A stretch of 64,000 nucleotides of DNA from Polyangiales bacterium (GTDB lineage: Bacteria > Myxococcota_A > Polyangia > Polyangiales > Ga0077539): NCBI GenBank assembly GCA_044229975.1, contig JBGARZ010000002.1:928001-992000 (forward strand), in the 5' to 3' direction. How positions within the stretch are numbered: position 1 is the stretch's first letter; each line of letters starts with the position of its first letter. Below, in pieces: positions 1 to 10,412 of this stretch. Position numbers and translations under genes: made by a program. The notes beneath the pieces are model-generated. The model saw nothing but the letters and a program-made list of their open reading frames with translations, was not told the origin of the DNA and did not search any database.

Positions 1-344
1 CGGCCGCGGCGGGTCGTCCCGCGGTCGCCGCAGTGCCCGCCGCGCCAGTCCTCCAGAACGTCGCGTACGGCTCGTTCGCAAGCGCCGAGCACGACGGGCA
101 GGCCAGTCACTACGTGCACGTCCCGGCGGGCGCCGCGCTCACGTTGCAGGTGCGCGCTCACGCGGCGCGGCCGTGCGCGGGTCTCCTGCGCGGCACCGTG
201 ACGCTGACGCCCGCCGATCAGTCGGTGGTGACCGCGGTCGCCGTCGGTCGCGCCACCGCTCCGCTCGCGCCTCGCGCCCTCCTGCTCTGCTCCGACGGAA
301 CGTACGAGGGCGCACCGAGCTGCACCCCCGTCGCGATCCGCTGA
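1..344 (+). CDS. Hypothetical protein, 3' part (5' end outside window)
   Basis: The frame of ORF 33..344 is open back to the window edge, with GC3-rich codons and a TGA stop at 342-344. Confidence 0.6.
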   Translation, partial: AAAGRPAVAAVPAAPVLQNVAYGSFASAEHDGQASHYVHVPAGAALTLQVRAHAARPCAGLLRGTVTLTPADQSVVTAVAVGRATAPLAPRALLLCSDGTYEGAPSCTPVAIR

Positions 345-866
345 TTCTCCTCTCCACTCCCCAAGAGCTCCTGTACTCCTGACCTCCCCCGGCGCGACGC
401 CGTCGGAGGGTCCGAGGGCCGTTGTGCTCCATGGCGCACACCTCCCCCGGACTGCTGTCTGGGTGCGTCTGGGGGTTCGCGCGGTCGCGACCATCACGAG
501 CCGCTGGTTTTCTCGATGGGGAGCGGGGCTTTCACTGTGCCGTCGACCCGCACCCGACGGCCCGCTGTCGACCTCCGTGCGCCGACGGGGGCGGTCAGCG
601 GGCGAGGTGGGACAGTGCAGCCAAAGCCCTCACGAAAATGCTTGCCACAAGGTGTTTCGTGCGCGTCGACGCTAGACCCGCCGCGGGAATGTCCGTAGGT
701 AGAAAAGGTGTTCGCCCCTCCATAGGTCGACGTCGCCAACGATCGCCCTCTGGTTGCCCTCGGGTGGGCCCGAGTTCGGGGCAGGACACACACAGACCAC
801 ACCTTCGCCGACACCTTTGTCGGCGGCGGGATGGCCGTTGTCTTGTGACTCCCGTGAGGTGACCCC

Positions 867-3800
867 GTGATGGACCGTACCCGCCGCTACCGCACCGCTC
901 TCTCGGCGACGATCTTCGTCACCCTCGGGCTCGCGGGCTGCGCCCAGGAGTCCTCGGACCTCCCCTCCAGCGTGACCATCGCGCAGGAGCCCGAGCACCG
1001 CATGGAGGTGCAGTCGTTCATGCCGGTGACGACCCCGGTGCCGACCCCGGAGCCGGTGAGCGAGTGCGTCGACCGCGACGGCGACCACCACGGCGTGGGC
1101 TGCGCCGACGGCCCCGACTGCAACGATGACAACGCCTCCGTCACCGACGAGTGCACCCGCTGCATCCGCCCCACCGAGGGCTGCGAGTGCACGGCGGACG
1201 CCGCCCCGGTGTCGTGCGGTCGCCCCGAGGCGGGCGCCTGCGCAACGGGCGTCCGGGTCTGTCAGGACGGTCGCTGGTCGGCCTGCCTGGGGTACCGCGC
1301 GTCGGCCCTCATCGCCGCCGACTCGGACTCGTGCGGCAACGTCTGCGACCCGACCTGCCGTCGCATCGTCGACTGCCCCACCGCGGGCGACATGCTCCCG
1401 CCCGACAGCACCGCGCTCCAGTTCGGCGCCCAGGCGGCCGCCGCGTTCTGCCCGACGGGCGCGGCCCCCGGCGGCGTCACCCCGGCCTGCGAGAGCGCGC
1501 CTGGTGGTCCCTACGTGCGCTCGGTGTCGCCGACCTCGTGGATCGACGCGTGCGCCGCCGCGGGCAGCCAGCGCCTCCTGGTGAGCTCGGACGAGGGCGT
1601 CGTTCCGGTGACGATCCCCTTCACCTTCGCGTTCTACGGCGTGCCCTACAACTCCGCGCGGCTCAGCGCCAACGGCTACGTCTCCTTCTCCGACGCCGCT
1701 CCGCAGTGGACCAACTCCATGCTGCCCAACAGCACGGTCCCCAACTCCATCTTCGCCTTCTGGGATGACCTCATCCAGCGCTCGACGGGCGTCTGCGTCG
1801 CCACCGTCGGCACCGCCCCCAACCGCACCTTCGTCGCCGAGTGGCTCGACGGAACCTTCTTCCCGGCCGCCGGCACCGACACGCACCTGACCTTCGAGGT
1901 GCAGCTCAGCGAGGCGACCAGCACCGTCGACGTCCGCTACCTCACGATGACCGGAGAGAACACCCGCGCCACCGGCGCCAGCGCCACCGTCGGCGTGCAG
2001 CAGGGCGCGGGCGGCTCGTACGACCTCGTCGCCTACAACACCCCGAACGTCACCAACGCCGGCGTCGGCTTCCGCTGGACGCCGTCGGCCACCTCGACCC
2101 GCTGCCCCCGCGGCGTCTACCGCCGCGTCTTCGAGGGCAACTGCCCCGGCACCGACACCACCCAGGTCCCGGTGTGGGGCGCGCTCAACTACACCGCGTA
2201 CGTCCCCGTCGGGTCGGCCATCCGCTTCGAGGTGCGCGCCGCCGAGACCGCCGCGGGCCTCGCCACGTCGCCCGCCTACCGCCTGCCGGACGCGCCGCGC
2301 ACCACGGGCACCACCGCGGTCCCCAACACCCTCGACCTGGGCGTGTGGCTCCGCTCGGTGCACCCGCTGCTCGAGCGCGCCCGCTTCATCGAGCTGCGCG
2401 CCTACCTCGACCCCGGCGCCAACTTCGACACGCCCCCGACGCTCGGCTCCACCGAGGTTCGCTACAACTGCATCCCGAGCGAGTTCGCCACCACCTGCCG
2501 CAACGGCACGCCCTGCGCGGCGGCCAACCCCTGCCACCGCGGCGAGGTCCAGTGCGACAGCCTCGGCCGCGCGGTCTGCGCCGACATGGGCATGCTCGCG
2601 GCGGGCACCGGCTGCGGCGTCGGGATGTACTGCAGCAACACCGGCGTGTGCGGCGCCTGCGACGAGGGCGCGGCCTGCAACCTCTCCAACGCCTGCCAGA
2701 TCGGTCGCGTGACCTGCGCCTCGGGCAGCCCCCAGTGCGTCGCCGCCGCCAACCGCCCCGCGGGCACCGTCTGCGGCGTCGCCAACAGCGGCAACTACAC
2801 CCGCGACGCCTCGGCCTTCGGCTGGTTCGACGCCTGCAACGCGCCCGGCCACACCACCGTGCTCGCGCTCTCGGCCGACGGCAGCGAGTACGTCACCCTG
2901 CCCTTCCCGTTCCGCTTCTACGGCACCGAACGCAACGACGCGACCATCTCCGCCAACGGGTACATGGCCTTCCCGTCGGCCCCCGTGAACTGGGTCAACG
3001 GCGCTCTCCCCGAGTCGACCTTCGGCGCCGCGGTGGTGCCCTTCTGGGACGACCTCGTGATGCGCGAGGGCGTCTGCCTCGCCACCTACGGCGCGTCGCC
3101 CGATCGCCTCTTCGTCGCGCAGTGGTCCAACGCCGACTTCCAGGACCGCGGCGGCTCGGGCAACGCCGGCGCGCGCCTCAACTTCGAGATCGTCCTCGAA
3201 GAAGCGTCGCAGGCCGTGTCGGTGATCTACGGCGACATGTTCGGCGACGGCCGCGCCACCGGCTCGGGCGCCACCATCGGCATCCAGAGCGGCGACTCCA
3301 CCCGCTTCAACCAGGTGTCCGTCAACGCCGCGGGCACCGTCGCGCCGGGCACCTCGTTCCGCTGGTCGCCTCCCATCAGCGGCATCTGCAACGGCTCGGG
3401 CACCTGCACCACGTGCACCACGACCGAGGTCTGCGACGGCATCGACAACAACTGCAACGCCCTCATCGACGACGCCATCGCGGACGTCTCCTGCGGCGTC
3501 GGCGCCTGCCGCCGCACCGTCTCGGGCTGCACCCGCGGCAGCGTCCCGACCTGCACCCCGGGCGCGCCCACCACCGAGATCTGCAACACCATCGACGACG
3601 ACTGCGACGGCATGGTGGACGAGGGCTGCAACGGCGCCATCGCCTGCCCGGCCGACCGCAGCATGCTCGCGGGCGACACCACGTCGCTCGCCCTGACCCG
3701 CACCGGCACCGTGTCCAACATCGCGTGGACCGTCGTCACCGGCCCCGACGGCGGCGCGAGCTCGGCGGTCTGGAACCCCGCCCCGCCCACCTCCGCGACG

Positions 3801-4370
3801 GAGACCTTCCGCCCCATCATCGTCGGCGCGTACCGCATCCGCGCCACGGCGCGCGACGGCTTCAACAACCCGCTGTCGTGCGAGTTCAACGTGACCGCCG
3901 GCGGCCGCGGCATCCGCGTCGAGCTCACCTGGGACGGCTCCGGCGACCTCGACCTCCACATGCACAACCAGACCAACACCGCCTGGTACAACAACGGCGG
4001 CGCCAACGACTGCCACTACGCCCGCCTGAGCACGTCGTGGGGCGCGGTGCTCGACGTCGACAACGTGACCGCCAACGGCCCGGAGAACATCCGCGTCAAC
4101 ACCCCCACCATCGGGGCCGACTACACCGTCGCGGTGCACCACTACGCCAACGGCGCCGGTCGAAGGGCGACGGTGAAGATCTACTGCGGCGCGGGCACGA
4201 CGCCGATCAACACCTTCGTCAGTGCACCGATGACCGGCAACCAGACCGGCAACTGCACCAACAACACCTTCTGGAGGGTGGCGCGCATCAACGCCGACTC
4301 CATGGGTGGGTGCACCGTCACGACGCTCAACACGACGCAGACCAGCACCGCCGCCTGCAACGCCTTCTGA
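867..4370 (+). CDS. Large Cys-rich surface lipoprotein: two nidogen(NIDO)-like domains, MopE-like Cys/Asp metal-binding repeats and a C-terminal YfaP/DUF2135-like domain
   Basis: Lipobox LGLAGC. Duplicated module [21 protein letters not shown] / [21 protein letters not shown]. Repeats [11 protein letters not shown] and [13 protein letters not shown]-terminal [29 protein letters not shown]-like GAGGTG upstream. Confidence 0.8.
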   Translation: MMDRTRRYRTALSATIFVTLGLAGCAQESSDLPSSVTIAQEPEHRMEVQSFMPVTTPVPTPEPVSECVDRDGDHHGVGCADGPDCNDDNASVTDECTRCIRPTEGCECTADAAPVSCGRPEAGACATGVRVCQDGRWSACLGYRASALIAADSDSCGNVCDPTCRRIVDCPTAGDMLPPDSTALQFGAQAAAAFCPTGAAPGGVTPACESAPGGPYVRSVSPTSWIDACAAAGSQRLLVSSDEGVVPVTIPFTFAFYGVPYNSARLSANGYVSFSDAAPQWTNSMLPNSTVPNSIFAFWDDLIQRSTGVCVATVGTAPNRTFVAEWLDGTFFPAAGTDTHLTFEVQLSEATSTVDVRYLTMTGENTRATGASATVGVQQGAGGSYDLVAYNTPNVTNAGVGFRWTPSATSTRCPRGVYRRVFEGNCPGTDTTQVPVWGALNYTAYVPVGSAIRFEVRAAETAAGLATSPAYRLPDAPRTTGTTAVPNTLDLGVWLRSVHPLLERARFIELRAYLDPGANFDTPPTLGSTEVRYNCIPSEFATTCRNGTPCAAANPCHRGEVQCDSLGRAVCADMGMLAAGTGCGVGMYCSNTGVCGACDEGAACNLSNACQIGRVTCASGSPQCVAAANRPAGTVCGVANSGNYTRDASAFGWFDACNAPGHTTVLALSADGSEYVTLPFPFRFYGTERNDATISANGYMAFPSAPVNWVNGALPESTFGAAVVPFWDDLVMREGVCLATYGASPDRLFVAQWSNADFQDRGGSGNAGARLNFEIVLEEASQAVSVIYGDMFGDGRATGSGATIGIQSGDSTRFNQVSVNAAGTVAPGTSFRWSPPISGICNGSGTCTTCTTTEVCDGIDNNCNALIDDAIADVSCGVGACRRTVSGCTRGSVPTCTPGAPTTEICNTIDDDCDGMVDEGCNGAIACPADRSMLAGDTTSLALTRTGTVSNIAWTVVTGPDGGASSAVWNPAPPTSATETFRPIIVGAYRIRATARDGFNNPLSCEFNVTAGGRGIRVELTWDGSGDLDLHMHNQTNTAWYNNGGANDCHYARLSTSWGAVLDVDNVTANGPENIRVNTPTIGADYTVAVHHYANGAGRRATVKIYCGAGTTPINTFVSAPMTGNQTGNCTNNTFWRVARINADSMGGCTVTTLNTTQTSTAACNAF

Positions 4371-4486
4371 CGGTACGGCCTCTCCCCTTCCCCCTCTCCC
4401 GCTTCCTCCTCCTCCCGCTGCCAGCTTCTCGACCCCGCGGCGGCCCCTGGCCTACCGTCCCCCGCGAAGGAGCCCGCGACCATCCA

Positions 4487-5119
4487 ATGCCCACCAAGGT
4501 TCACGTCATCGACCACCCGCTGGTGCAGCACAAGCTCTCGCTCATGCGCCGCAAGCAGACGCCCACGAGCGAGTTTCGCGCGCTGCTCGAAGAGATCTCC
4601 ATGCTGCTGGCCTACGAGGCGACGCGCGATCTCCCGCTCACCACGCAGCCCGTCGAGACGCCGCTGGAGACCGTCGACGCACCCATCCTCGACGGCAAGA
4701 AGGTGGTCATCGTGTCCATCCTCCGCGCGGGCAACGGCATCCTCGACGGGATGCTGAAGATCCTCCCCTCCGCGCGCGTCGGGCACATCGGCCTCTACCG
4801 CGACCACAAGACCCTCCAGGCCGTGGAGTACTTCTTCAAGGTCCCGTCGGACATGAGCGACCGCGACCTCATCGTCGTCGACCCGATGCTCGCCACCGGC
4901 AACAGCGCCGTCGCCGCCGTCGACCGCCTGGCGCGCACCTCACCCCGCTCCATCAAGTACGTGTGCCTGCTCGCCGCCCCGGAGGGCATCGCGGTCTTCC
5001 AGGCGCAGCACCCGACGGTGCCGATCTACACCGCCTCCATCGACCGCTGCCTCAACGAGTCGGGGTACATCCTCCCCGGCCTCGGCGACGCCGGCGACCG
5101 CCTCTTCGGCACCCGCTGA
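4487..5119 (+). CDS. upp: Uracil phosphoribosyltransferase
   Basis: [27 protein letters not shown] motif [27 protein letters not shown]. This is the 3' end of track ORF 1841..5119. Confidence 0.97.
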   Translation: MPTKVHVIDHPLVQHKLSLMRRKQTPTSEFRALLEEISMLLAYEATRDLPLTTQPVETPLETVDAPILDGKKVVIVSILRAGNGILDGMLKILPSARVGHIGLYRDHKTLQAVEYFFKVPSDMSDRDLIVVDPMLATGNSAVAAVDRLARTSPRSIKYVCLLAAPEGIAVFQAQHPTVPIYTASIDRCLNESGYILPGLGDAGDRLFGTR

Positions 5120-5128
5120 TCGACCCGT

Positions 5129-7393
5129 CTACCGCGGCGTCGCGAAGCGCTCCCTAATGAGCGCCGCCACGGCGTCGCGCGCGCTGTCGTCGTCGTAGCC
5201 GTAGCGCGACTTCAACGCGGCCAGCGTCGACGCCGCCCGCGCCCGCGCGTCGGGGGCCAGCGACTCGGCGCCGTCGGAGAGCAACAGCTCCACGTCGCGC
5301 GCCACGGCGATCACCTGCTTGCGGTGCTCCTGGAAGAACACCTCGCGCAGCTTCTCGATGTGCTGCGGGAAGAGCCCGCGCGCGGGGAGCATCTGCCCCG
5401 GGTGGTCGATGGCCCACGCCGCCACGCGCGAGATGAGGTTGCGACGAAACTCCTCGTGGCTCCCGCCGAACCCGAGCATGCGCTCGATGTCCTTCATCAT
5501 CGTCTCGTCGGCGGGCTCTTCCTTGCGGGAGACCCGGTTCTCGATCTTCTCGCCCTTGGTCCACGCCGAGACGTGCTGCACGTAGCGCTCGAAGACCTCG
5601 TCGTAGCGGGCCTCGTCGGCGAAGCCCGTCGCGCTCCGCAGCTCGTCCTCCAGCGTGTCGAGCAGCCGCGCCCGCAGCGCCTTCAAGAACCACTTCGGGT
5701 CGTGGTAGCCGCCCGCCACGGTCTCCTGGCGCAGCCACTCGAACTCGCCCGCGCGACCGCTGAGTTCCTCCAGGCCCGCGAGCACCGCGAAGGGCGACAG
5801 CACCTTGTACCCAGGGCTCTGCGCGGCATCGAGGATGAGCCCGCGAATCTCCCGCGGCGACGCCCCGAGGCGGCCCTCGTAGTTGCCCTGGTTGGCCGTC
5901 TCGCGGAAGACGCGCTCGATGCCCGCGCGCAGCTCGCGCGCCTGCTCCTCGGCGTACCGCGGCGGAACCTTCCCCAGCGCCAGCAGGTCGGCCTTCTCCA
6001 TCGGGTTGAGCTCCCCGACGATGGACGCGAGCGGCTTCGGGTACTCCGACGGCGACGGCATGCGCAGGCGCGACAGCACCGCGAAGAGCGCGGCCATCTC
6101 CGTCGCGTGCGGCGCGACGGGACGGCCCACGCCGGGCGCCACCTGGCGGTCGTAGATCTCCTTCTCCAGCGTCCAGTCGACGAGGTACGGCGCGCGGACG
6201 AGCTCCAGTCGCCCGCGAAACGACGCGTACTCGGGGTGCTCGCGGAAGGCGTCGAGGTGCCCCTCGTTGCTGCTGCCGAGCATCACGAGGTTGGGCGAGA
6301 GGTTGGACGTCGTGAGCGACACCTCACCCGTCTCGATCATCAGCAGCAGGTACTTCCACGCCTCCAGCGGGCGCTTGAGCAGGTCGGAGTATTCGAGCAG
6401 TCCGCCGGCCGCGTCGACGAGCTCGCCGTAGGGCTCGAAGAGCGCCGTGTTCTGGAGCGACGGCGGCAGCGACGAGAGCGAGCGCGACGCCGTCACCTGC
6501 CGCTCCTTGGCGTCGACGGCCATCTGCGGACCGAGCGTGACCGCGCCGGTGCGGTAGCGCCGCGACACGTACCAGCGCTCGATCTGGACGTGCGCGTACA
6601 CCCGGCGGAGGTCACCCCGGTACGCGGTGAAGAGCGCCTCGAAGACCTGCTGCGACTTGTGCGAGAGACCGCCCCGCCAGAGGAGCTGCGGCGGACCATC
6701 GTCGTCGGCCGCCGACTTCGCGAAGGTGCGCTCCAGCAAGGGCTGACGCACCGCGCGCGGCAGCAGCAGCAGCGGGTGGTCGCGCAGCTCGCACAGCACC
6801 TTGGCGTCGATGTCGCGCTCGTCGAGGTGGGCGTAGCTGTCGCCCGGCGCCGGACCGTCGTCGCGCCCCGAGGAGCTTCCGCCGCCGAAGCCGATCTTCG
6901 CGTTGTCGGTCCCCCGCCCGCGCGGAAACACCCAATTGAACTGGTAGAGCGCCCCGTCGTCGGTCTGCGAGTACGCCTCCATCGCGCGCATCACCGTCGC
7001 CGCGAAGGTGCTCTTGGCGCTGCCGTTGGGGCCGTGCAGCAGCACCAGGCGGTTGACCGCGCCCAGGAGCCCGAAGTTGGCGAGCGCGCGGTAGACCTCG
7101 GCCTGCTGCGTCTCCTGACCGATGAGCGCGTCGCGCTGACCCACCTCGTCCTCCCACGGGAGGTCAAAGAGGTTCCAGCGGGTGAAGCGGCCGTAGGGGC
7201 GCACCACCTCGCGGCTCCCGTAGTGGTCGAACAGGTCGCGCAGCCAGCGCGCCGCGTCCCGCCCGTGGCGTCGCGGCGCCTCGGCATACAAGCCGAGGTA
7301 CTCGTCGAAGCTCATCACCCGCCGCTCGGTGGCGAAGCGATCGCGCTCCTGCTCCAGCCACGCCCGCACGCCGTCCACCGGGTTGTCCTTCAT
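5129..7393 (-). CDS. prkA: PrkA/YeaG-family AAA+ serine protein kinase
   Basis: Walker A-like LHGPNGSAKST, LRDHPLLLLP, GLLEYSDLLKRP, EGRLGASPRE. Start taken at MKDNP. Confidence 0.85.
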   Translation of the reverse strand: MKDNPVDGVRAWLEQERDRFATERRVMSFDEYLGLYAEAPRRHGRDAARWLRDLFDHYGSREVVRPYGRFTRWNLFDLPWEDEVGQRDALIGQETQQAEVYRALANFGLLGAVNRLVLLHGPNGSAKSTFAATVMRAMEAYSQTDDGALYQFNWVFPRGRGTDNAKIGFGGGSSSGRDDGPAPGDSYAHLDERDIDAKVLCELRDHPLLLLPRAVRQPLLERTFAKSAADDDGPPQLLWRGGLSHKSQQVFEALFTAYRGDLRRVYAHVQIERWYVSRRYRTGAVTLGPQMAVDAKERQVTASRSLSSLPPSLQNTALFEPYGELVDAAGGLLEYSDLLKRPLEAWKYLLLMIETGEVSLTTSNLSPNLVMLGSSNEGHLDAFREHPEYASFRGRLELVRAPYLVDWTLEKEIYDRQVAPGVGRPVAPHATEMAALFAVLSRLRMPSPSEYPKPLASIVGELNPMEKADLLALGKVPPRYAEEQARELRAGIERVFRETANQGNYEGRLGASPREIRGLILDAAQSPGYKVLSPFAVLAGLEELSGRAGEFEWLRQETVAGGYHDPKWFLKALRARLLDTLEDELRSATGFADEARYDEVFERYVQHVSAWTKGEKIENRVSRKEEPADETMMKDIERMLGFGGSHEEFRRNLISRVAAWAIDHPGQMLPARGLFPQHIEKLREVFFQEHRKQVIAVARDVELLLSDGAESLAPDARARAASTLAALKSRYGYDDDSARDAVAALIRERFATPR

Positions 7394-7435
7394 CGGTCCG
7401 CGAGGGTACGCGAGCCGCCCCGGGGAAGCCACGCG

Positions 7436-7912
7436 TTAGCGCCTCGCGCGAGCCTCCGCCCACGCCTCGACGACCCCGCGAAGCTCCTCCGATCGTGGGC
7501 CCGTCGACTCCACGACGAGCGCCCGCTCGCCCGGCGCCGACACCGTCAGCGTGATCCACAGCGCGTCATCCGGAAGCGCCTCGGGCATGCGATCGGCCCA
7601 CTCCACGAGCAGGAGCCCGGAGGCCGCGCGCTCGACGAGGCCGATCTCCGCGAGCTCGTCGGCGCTACCCAGGCGGTAGAGGTCGGCGTGGTGCACCGTG
7701 ATGCGCCCCGGGTGCTCGATGACGACAGCGAAGGTCGGTGAAGTCACCCGCGCCGTCGGGCTGACCCCGGCCCCGAGCGCGATGGCCTGCGAGAGAAGCG
7801 TCTTGCCCGCGCCGAGGGTTCCGACGAGGGCGATGACATCACCGGGACGCGCGGCGGCGCCGAGCGCGCGACCGAGGCGACGCAACGAGGTGCGGCGTAG
7901 CTTGAGGGTCAT
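7436..7912 (-). CDS. tsaE: tRNA threonylcarbamoyladenosine biosynthesis ATPase TsaE
   Basis: GTLGAGKT, VTSPTF, HADLYRL, LVEW motifs. Confidence 0.95.
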   Translation of the reverse strand: MTLKLRRTSLRRLGRALGAAARPGDVIALVGTLGAGKTLLSQAIALGAGVSPTARVTSPTFAVVIEHPGRITVHHADLYRLGSADELAEIGLVERAASGLLLVEWADRMPEALPDDALWITLTVSAPGERALVVESTGPRSEELRGVVEAWAEARARR

Positions 7913-8334
7913 GGGCCTCGGAAGGCGCCGAAGGTGGCGCGCAGGTAGGCCAGCACGGCTGCGCGCTGGGTCTCGTCGACGGGGATCGCGGGCATCCGGC
8001 GGCCGCCGTCGCGCACGAGGCGCAGCACCTCCGCGTCGTCGACGGTGGGCACCTCCACGCGAAGGTCGGGGCCGTCGCCCGTCCCCGCCCCACGCGCCCC
8101 GTGACAGTGCGCGCAGTACTGGCGAAACACCGCCAGGCCGCGCTCGACCACCGGGTCGACGTCCCGCGCGACGTCGGGTCGATCGGCCCCGCCCGCGTCG
8201 GTCACGTCTTCACCGAGCCGAGCGTCGACGACGTCGAAGGTCGCGGCGTCGCGAGCGACGGGAGGCGCCACTTCCGTGCACGCCGACGCGACGAACACGA
8301 CGGACAGACAGAGCGAGCAGAGTGCGAGGCGCAT
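7909..8334 (-). CDS. Monoheme cytochrome c lipoprotein
   Basis: Signal peptide ending ASAC, CAHCH heme motif, GPDL, distal Met in RRMP. Overlaps the tsaE start by 4 nt. Confidence 0.85.
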   Translation of the reverse strand: MRLALCSLCLSVVFVASACTEVAPPVARDAATFDVVDARLGEDVTDAGGADRPDVARDVDPVVERGLAVFRQYCAHCHGARGAGTGDGPDLRVEVPTVDDAEVLRLVRDGGRRMPAIPVDETQRAAVLAYLRATFGAFRGP

Positions 8335-8398
8335 GGGTCAGGAGCGGTTGGCCGTCGCGGCCGAGCGGTCAGCGGAGACGACGGGCATCGCGAGCAAC

Positions 8399-10156
8399 CT
8401 ACCAGCTTCCACCGGCAGCGCCGCACCACCTGCGCGCGAGCGCCACCAGTGCAGCGAACAGCAGAGCGGGCGCTCCCGACCCGCGACGCGGTGACGTGGA
8501 GCAAGCACCGGCTCCGGTCGCTGCGACCACGGGCCCGGCGTCGACGCCCGCATCGCGCGCCACGTCGAAGGCTCCTGCATCGACCGTCCCCCCATCGGTG
8601 GTCACCCCATCCGTGGGCGCGACGTCGGGGCGTGTCGGCGAAACGTCCGCCGACGCTCCGCCGTCGAGGGTCGCGCCACGACGGCGCAATTCGATGGCCG
8701 TCACCGAGTAGGGCGCGAGCGGCAGCGTGAAGCGGGCGCCCGCCACGTCGACCTCGCGGTTGCGGATACGCACGGCGTCGATGGGCCCGCGGACGTTTTC
8801 GTTGGTGTCGGTCAGGGCCCCGCCGCCGACTTCCCACACGCTCGCGCGAGCAACCGGGTCGAAGCCGCGCAGATCGAACGCCAGCGACGACAGCTCCGCC
8901 GCGCCGCCGCGGTTGGTCACGATCACCCGCAGCGCGCCGCCATCCGCAGTGAGGCTCGCGTAGGCCCGCGCGTACGGAACCTCCCCTGCGTAGCCGTCCC
9001 AGTTGGTCGGGCCGTCGACGCGGTAGCTTGGGACGCCCGACGCCGTGAGGGCGACGAGACGCTCGCCGAAGTGTTGCCGCCAGAGCTGGTGCACCAGCAC
9101 CTTCGGTCGACGAATGGCGGTGTTGGCGTCGATGCACCAGGTGCCGGGAATGCCTCCGAAGCGGTAGCCCTGCACCTCGTAGAACATCGCCGCCGCGACG
9201 CCGCCGGTGATCATCTCGCCGAGCGCCGATCCGTAGAAGAGCGCGTCGGCCATGGACCACAGCGCGTACGAGCGCGGCGTCACCAGCGACGCCATCTCGC
9301 GCACCGGCGGCGCGTCGGCGGCCCCGTCCCACTCGCCGATCACCACCTGGATGGAGCTCGCCCGCGCGCCCGCTTCGTCGCGGATCATCGCGCGGATGCG
9401 GGCGAGCAGCGGGGCCACGCCCTCGGCGCCCGCGACGACCTCGCGCGGGTCCATGTCCGCCCACGCGTGGTGGTTGGGGTAGTAGTGGTAGTCGACGGCG
9501 TCGATCACCGCGGCGGTGCGGCGGATGGCCTCGCGGTTCCAGGCTTCTTCGTTGTCGGTGCCGATCTCCAGCACGATGCGCGTGCCCGGGACGCGCGCCC
9601 GGATGGCCGCGGCGTGGGCGATGACGTCGGCGGCGTAGCGAGCGGCCGTGCGGTGCCCGGCGTCCCAGTCGCCCCACACCTCGTTGCCGATGCCGACCCA
9701 GGCCACGCGGATTCCGCGGCGCGTCGCGTCCTGCACCCACATCGCGGCGTTGTCGGGCGTGCTCTGGAGGATGTTGGTCTCCAGGAAGAGACCCGCGTCG
9801 CTGCGCGACGCGAGCGCGGCGGCGGACTCCCAGTCGAAGCCCGCGCGGGTGCACATCGGCGTGAGGGGACGATCCCAGCGGAAGACCGAGTCGGCGTCGC
9901 CGCCGGGGAAGCGCAGCAGCGGGAGCTCCTCGGCCAGCGCCGACACTTCGGGGGACAGCGAGTTGATGAACTCCAGGTCGCCTCCGTAGATGTCGCGCGG
10001 TACGGCACCCCGTTCGGCCGTGGTGTCGATGACCACGCGCGGCTGCGCCAGCGCCGTTGACGAGAGCGAGAGCAGCACCGCGAGCAGTGCACCAGGGCGA
10101 CAACGAATGGGCACGGAGAAGAACCTCTCGGTGAATCGGTGGGGGCGTCGAAGCAT
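8399..10156 (-). CDS. Secreted clan GH-A glycoside hydrolase (GH51/GH44/GH79-like) with a MYXO-CTERM-like C-terminal sorting signal
   Basis: LRFPGG, acid/base IGNEVWG, DYHYYP, nucleophile IGEWD, signal peptide ..STALA/QP, tail GAGACS..ALLFAALVALARR. Start uncertain (ATG 10156 or GTG ~10114). Confidence 0.75.
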   Translation of the reverse strand: MLRRPHRFTERFFSVPIRCRPGALLAVLLSLSSTALAQPRVVIDTTAERGAVPRDIYGGDLEFINSLSPEVSALAEELPLLRFPGGDADSVFRWDRPLTPMCTRAGFDWESAAALASRSDAGLFLETNILQSTPDNAAMWVQDATRRGIRVAWVGIGNEVWGDWDAGHRTAARYAADVIAHAAAIRARVPGTRIVLEIGTDNEEAWNREAIRRTAAVIDAVDYHYYPNHHAWADMDPREVVAGAEGVAPLLARIRAMIRDEAGARASSIQVVIGEWDGAADAPPVREMASLVTPRSYALWSMADALFYGSALGEMITGGVAAAMFYEVQGYRFGGIPGTWCIDANTAIRRPKVLVHQLWRQHFGERLVALTASGVPSYRVDGPTNWDGYAGEVPYARAYASLTADGGALRVIVTNRGGAAELSSLAFDLRGFDPVARASVWEVGGGALTDTNENVRGPIDAVRIRNREVDVAGARFTLPLAPYSVTAIELRRRGATLDGGASADVSPTRPDVAPTDGVTTDGGTVDAGAFDVARDAGVDAGPVVAATGAGACSTSPRRGSGAPALLFAALVALARRWCGAAGGSW

Positions 10157-10172
10157 TCGTTGGAGAATGCTC

Positions 10173-10200
10173 TTGCGTCCTGCAACCGTGGGTGTAGAAG
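10173..10200 (+). promoter_or_regulatory. Putative sigma70-type promoter for tRNA-Pro
   Basis: TTGCGT (10173-10178), 16 nt spacer, TAGAAG (10195-10200), 35 nt upstream of the tRNA. Confidence 0.4.
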
Positions 10201-10235
10201 AGCGGTCCCTCGCGGGCAACCGTGGATGGGTGGTT

Positions 10236-10313
<78 letters not shown>

Positions 10314-10412
10314 TTTTGATGGTCCACCCACTCATCCACGGTTGCCCCAACGAGGCCTCACGCTTCAATCGCTCGCATCCATGAGCGACGTGTGATCGCC
10401 TCATCACCCACC

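Noticed and set aside
672..4142. 1156-aa minus-strand ORF
   Set aside because: It is the antisense shadow of the Cys-rich lipoprotein gene. Stop-free antisense frames are expected at this GC3, and it has no motifs.
1841..5119. 1092-aa ORF suggesting a long N-terminal extension or frameshift fusion to upp
   Set aside because: The upstream part is Arg/Pro/His-rich off-frame translation of the lipoprotein gene. Upp homology starts at ATG 4487, which has an AGGAG upstream. No slippery site was seen.
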